Below, one piece after another: positions 17,321 to 20,000 of a stretch of DNA of 20,000 nucleotides; position 1 is the stretch's first letter; the number at the start of each line of letters is the position of its first letter. The notes under the pieces are model-generated. The model was not told where the DNA came from and made no database searches. It saw nothing but the letters and a program-made list of their open reading frames with translations. Location: the sequence record SRR2962707_440. One strand, 5' to 3'. The translations under genes and the position numbers were made by a program.

Positions 17321-17344
17321 AGGGTCTAGAAAAGGAAGATAAGT

Positions 17345-18370
17345 ATGTCTGGGCGCAAGATCATCGACGTGATGAACGGAGCACATATAGAGCCTCCTCC
17401 TATTTGGGTAATGCGACAGGCAGGACGTTATTTGCCAGAATATAGAGCGCTTAGGAAGACAGCGAAGAATTTTCTCGATTTCTGCTACACGCCCGATTTG
17501 GCAGTAGAAGCAACGATGCAGCCAATAAAACGCTTTGGTTTTGATGGTGCGATTTTATTTTCTGATATTCTAGTAATGCCCGATGCTTTGGGCCGTGATG
17601 TGCATTTTGTGACTGGTGAAGGTCCGCGCATGACGCCATTGGCAGATGGTGACATCGATAAGCTTACAATTGAAAATGTTAAGCCGCATTTGGCGCCTGT
17701 TTTTGAAGCGATCAAACGTCTGCGTGTTGATTTGCCTGATGAGACAACTTTACTGGGATTTTGCGGCGCGCCTTGGACTGTTGCGACCTATATGATTGCG
17801 GGACGAGGTACACCCGATCAAGCACCGTCGCGTTTGTTCATGTATCGTCAGCCGAAAGATTTAGCGAAGTTGTTAGATATATTAGCCGATGCGTCAGCTG
17901 AATATCTAATCGCGCAGATTGATGCGGGTGTCGATGCGGTGAAAATTTTCGATAGCTGGGCCGGCGTTTTGGATGAAACAGCTTTTGAAAATAATTGCAT
18001 TAAGCCCGTTAAACGCATTGTTGATAAAGTTCGCGCGGCGCGGCCACAGGCAAAAATTATCGCCTTTCCAAAAGGTGCTGGGCATTTCTATAAGGGATAT
18101 GCGCAAAAAACCGGCGTCGATATGGTTGCGCTTGATTGGACAGTTCCGCTGTCTTTCGCCGCTGAACTTCAAAAAGATAGTCCGGTCCAAGGTAATATGG
18201 ATCCTCTAAGGGTCGTAGCAGGCCCTGATGCGATCAAGCAGGGTGTGGACCGGATTATGGACGCCCTTAGCTCTGGACCCTTTGTTTTTAACCTCGGACA
18301 TGGCATTACGCCTGAAGCCGATCCAGACGATATGGATTATTTAGTGCGCTATGTGCGCGGAGAGATTTAA
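17345..18370 (+). CDS. hemE: Uroporphyrinogen decarboxylase
   Basis: [38 protein letters not shown] and FNLGHG. Confidence 0.98.
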   Translation: MSGRKIIDVMNGAHIEPPPIWVMRQAGRYLPEYRALRKTAKNFLDFCYTPDLAVEATMQPIKRFGFDGAILFSDILVMPDALGRDVHFVTGEGPRMTPLADGDIDKLTIENVKPHLAPVFEAIKRLRVDLPDETTLLGFCGAPWTVATYMIAGRGTPDQAPSRLFMYRQPKDLAKLLDILADASAEYLIAQIDAGVDAVKIFDSWAGVLDETAFENNCIKPVKRIVDKVRAARPQAKIIAFPKGAGHFYKGYAQKTGVDMVALDWTVPLSFAAELQKDSPVQGNMDPLRVVAGPDAIKQGVDRIMDALSSGPFVFNLGHGITPEADPDDMDYLVRYVRGEI

Positions 18371-18913
18371 ATGTCTGATAAAGCAAATGAGACGGCGGCT
18401 GGCTCAAAAGCAAAATTGCGAGCGTTTATAGCTTTGGGTCTCTTTATAGCGATTGGGCTTGGCTTATTTTTGATCGATCCTGCCGATCGCTATCTTTGGG
18501 TAAAAACCCTCCATGTTATAGCTGTGATTTCTTGGATGGCCGGCATGCTTTATATGCCGCGGCTCTTTGTTTATCACGCTGACAGTGAAGTTGGCTCTGC
18601 TCAATCAGAGACATTTAAATTAATGGAACGTCGTTTGTTGAAAGTCATTATGACACCGGCGATGATTCTTACTTGGATTTTTGGTCTTTGGGCTGGTTGG
18701 TGGGCTGGTGGTCTATTTCCGGAGGTTTGGTTTTCGCTTAAGATGCTAGCTGTTTTGGCTATGTCAGGTTGTCATGGATTTTTTGCTGCCTCAGTGCGCA
18801 AATTTGCCAATGATCAAAATCTGAAAACATCTTCTCAGTGGCGTCTTTATAACGAAATTCCAACCGTATTGATGATTATCATCGTGGCGTTGGTTATCGT
18901 AAAGCCGTTCTAA
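18371..18913 (+). CDS. hemJ: Protoporphyrinogen IX oxidase HemJ
   Basis: WVKTLHVIAVISWMAGMLYMPRLFVYH, MERRLLKVIMTPAM, NEIPT and VIVKPF. Confidence 0.96.
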   Translation: MSDKANETAAGSKAKLRAFIALGLFIAIGLGLFLIDPADRYLWVKTLHVIAVISWMAGMLYMPRLFVYHADSEVGSAQSETFKLMERRLLKVIMTPAMILTWIFGLWAGWWAGGLFPEVWFSLKMLAVLAMSGCHGFFAASVRKFANDQNLKTSSQWRLYNEIPTVLMIIIVALVIVKPF

Positions 18914-18922
18914 ATTACTTTT

Positions 18923-18957
18923 TGAGAGTCCGATTATTTTCGGATTTTCAGCTTTTG
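18923..18957 (+). terminator. Hairpin after hemJ (possible hemEJ terminator)
   Basis: TGAGAGTCCGA-TTATTT-TCGGATTTTCA, an 11-bp stem with 2 G-U pairs, followed by GCTTTTG. Confidence 0.5.
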
Positions 18958-19064
18958 CTTGAAAAAGACAAAATTTCAGTATATGTCGCATCCAACAAAC
19001 GGTGCGACCTTGTCTTCCTTCCTTTGCGCCAGTTCTTTCATTTATAAATATACGGTGATCCATT

Positions 19065-20000
19065 ATGGACCAAATGTCGCTTAGCGAATTGCAGAAGAAA
19101 TCTGCTCCTGAACTTGTCGAGTTTGCGGAATCTCTTGAAGTTGAAAATGCGAGCGTTCTGCGCAAGCAAGAGCTAATGTTCGCTATTTTGAAGCAGCTTT
19201 CATTTGATGATGTAGAAATCATCGGTGAAGGCGTTGTTGAAATTCTGCCTGATGGATTTGGTTTCCTTCGTTCAGCGAGCGCGAACTATCTTCCAGGTCC
19301 GGACGATATTTATATTTCGCCATCGCAAATTCGCAAATTTTCATTGAAAACAGGCGATACCGTTCAAGGCTTTATACGTGGTCCTAAAGATGGCGAACGC
19401 TATTTTGCGCTTCTCAAAGTCAATACAATCAACTTTGAAGATCCGGAAAAAATTCGTCATAAAAGCCATTTCGACAATCTAACACCGCTTTATCCTGATG
19501 AACGCTTCAAGATGGAAGTTGAGCTTGGCGAATCAAAAGATTTGTCGGCCCGCGTGATTGATCTTGTTGCGCCGCTTGGTAAAGGCCAGCGCGCTTTGAT
19601 CGTAGCGCCGCCGCGTACTGGTAAGACAGTTCTACTTCAGAACATTGCTCATGCGATCACTGCGAACCATCCTGAATGTTATTTGATCGTGTTGTTGATT
19701 GATGAACGACCTGAAGAAGTGACAGACATGCAGCGCTCTGTGCGCGGCGAAGTCGTGTCATCAACCTTCGACGAACCAGCTTCACGTCACGTGCAAGTGG
19801 CAGAGATGGTTATCGAAAAAGCAAAACGTCTTGTTGAGCATGGCCGCGATGTCGTCATTCTTCTCGATTCGATCACGCGCCTTGGCCGTGCCTATAACAC
19901 TGTTGTTCCTTCATCAGGTAAAGTTCTGACCGGCGGTGTTGATGCGAACGCGCTACAGCGTCCGAAACGTTTCTTTGGTGCTGCGCGTAATATCGAAGAA
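19065..20000 (+). CDS. rho: Transcription termination factor Rho, 3' end outside window (missing from the ORF track because it has no stop in the window)
   Basis: Manual translation gives [43 protein letters not shown]...DGFGFLRS...[11 protein letters not shown]...APPRTGKT...[10 protein letters not shown]...[13 protein letters not shown]. Confidence 0.97.
   Translation, partial: MDQMSLSELQKKSAPELVEFAESLEVENASVLRKQELMFAILKQLSFDDVEIIGEGVVEILPDGFGFLRSASANYLPGPDDIYISPSQIRKFSLKTGDTVQGFIRGPKDGERYFALLKVNTINFEDPEKIRHKSHFDNLTPLYPDERFKMEVELGESKDLSARVIDLVAPLGKGQRALIVAPPRTGKTVLLQNIAHAITANHPECYLIVLLIDERPEEVTDMQRSVRGEVVSSTFDEPASRHVQVAEMVIEKAKRLVEHGRDVVILLDSITRLGRAYNTVVPSSGKVLTGGVDANALQRPKRFFGAARNIEE

Larger units (their letters stand above)
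16856..17344. other. Chromosomal replication origin oriC
   Basis: 489-bp non-coding gap upstream of hemE, the origin position established for Caulobacter and Sinorhizobium. It contains multiple DnaA-box-like 9-mers, a perfect CtrA box, 7 GANTC sites and an AT-rich end. The flanking operons point away from it. Confidence 0.9.

Noticed and set aside
18371..18490. Extra N-terminal TM segment on HemJ
   Set aside because: I recall similar extensions in rhizobial HemJ proteins, so it is not considered novel.
1333..19222. Numerous 60-160 aa antisense or alternative-frame ORFs (for example 4143..4622, 13576..13980, 15568..15993, 18791..19222)
   Set aside because: All overlap well-conserved housekeeping genes and show no recognisable domains, as expected for shadow ORFs.
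1..20000. CRISPR arrays, IS or prophage genes, defence systems, tRNA/rRNA genes, and a GC-skew switch at oriC
   Set aside because: I saw no repeat-spacer arrays, transposase, integrase or structural RNA signatures. The region right of oriC looks G/T-rich, but this is confounded by gene orientation and needs a computed cumulative skew.

Overview
Core-genome window from an alphaproteobacterium with moderate GC. Gene content and protein sequences point to Rhizobiales/Hyphomicrobiales; the genus cannot be fixed from the sequence alone. The window very probably spans the chromosomal replication origin. Gene order: partial BON-LysM (Kbp/YgaU-like) > alkB > < coaA < hisE < hisF < hisA < hisH < DUF2628-like < hisB | hslV > uncharacterised polytopic membrane protein > hslU > DUF1402-like > < XRE regulator < Smr protein < mltA < Tim44/TimA | fxsA > secB > < dnaQ < coaE < aroE < maf | oriC (~490 bp, with DnaA boxes, a perfect CtrA box, 7 GANTC sites and a box-box-trio unwinding module) | hemE > hemJ > rho (partial). 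I saw no mobile elements, CRISPR arrays or structural RNA genes. Best leads: (1) the secreted DUF1402-like protein carries all four SLT/lysozyme-fold lytic-transglycosylase motifs and has CtrA/CcrM-like sites upstream; (2) MltA has no signal peptide, has an Asp-to-Glu change in its 3D motif, and is linked to TimA and an Smr nuclease; (3) a multi-TM protein sits inside the hslVU operon, translationally coupled to hslU; (4) an NrdR-box-like palindrome lies at the edge of oriC; (5) the dikinase-regulator gene that usually flanks this origin is absent.
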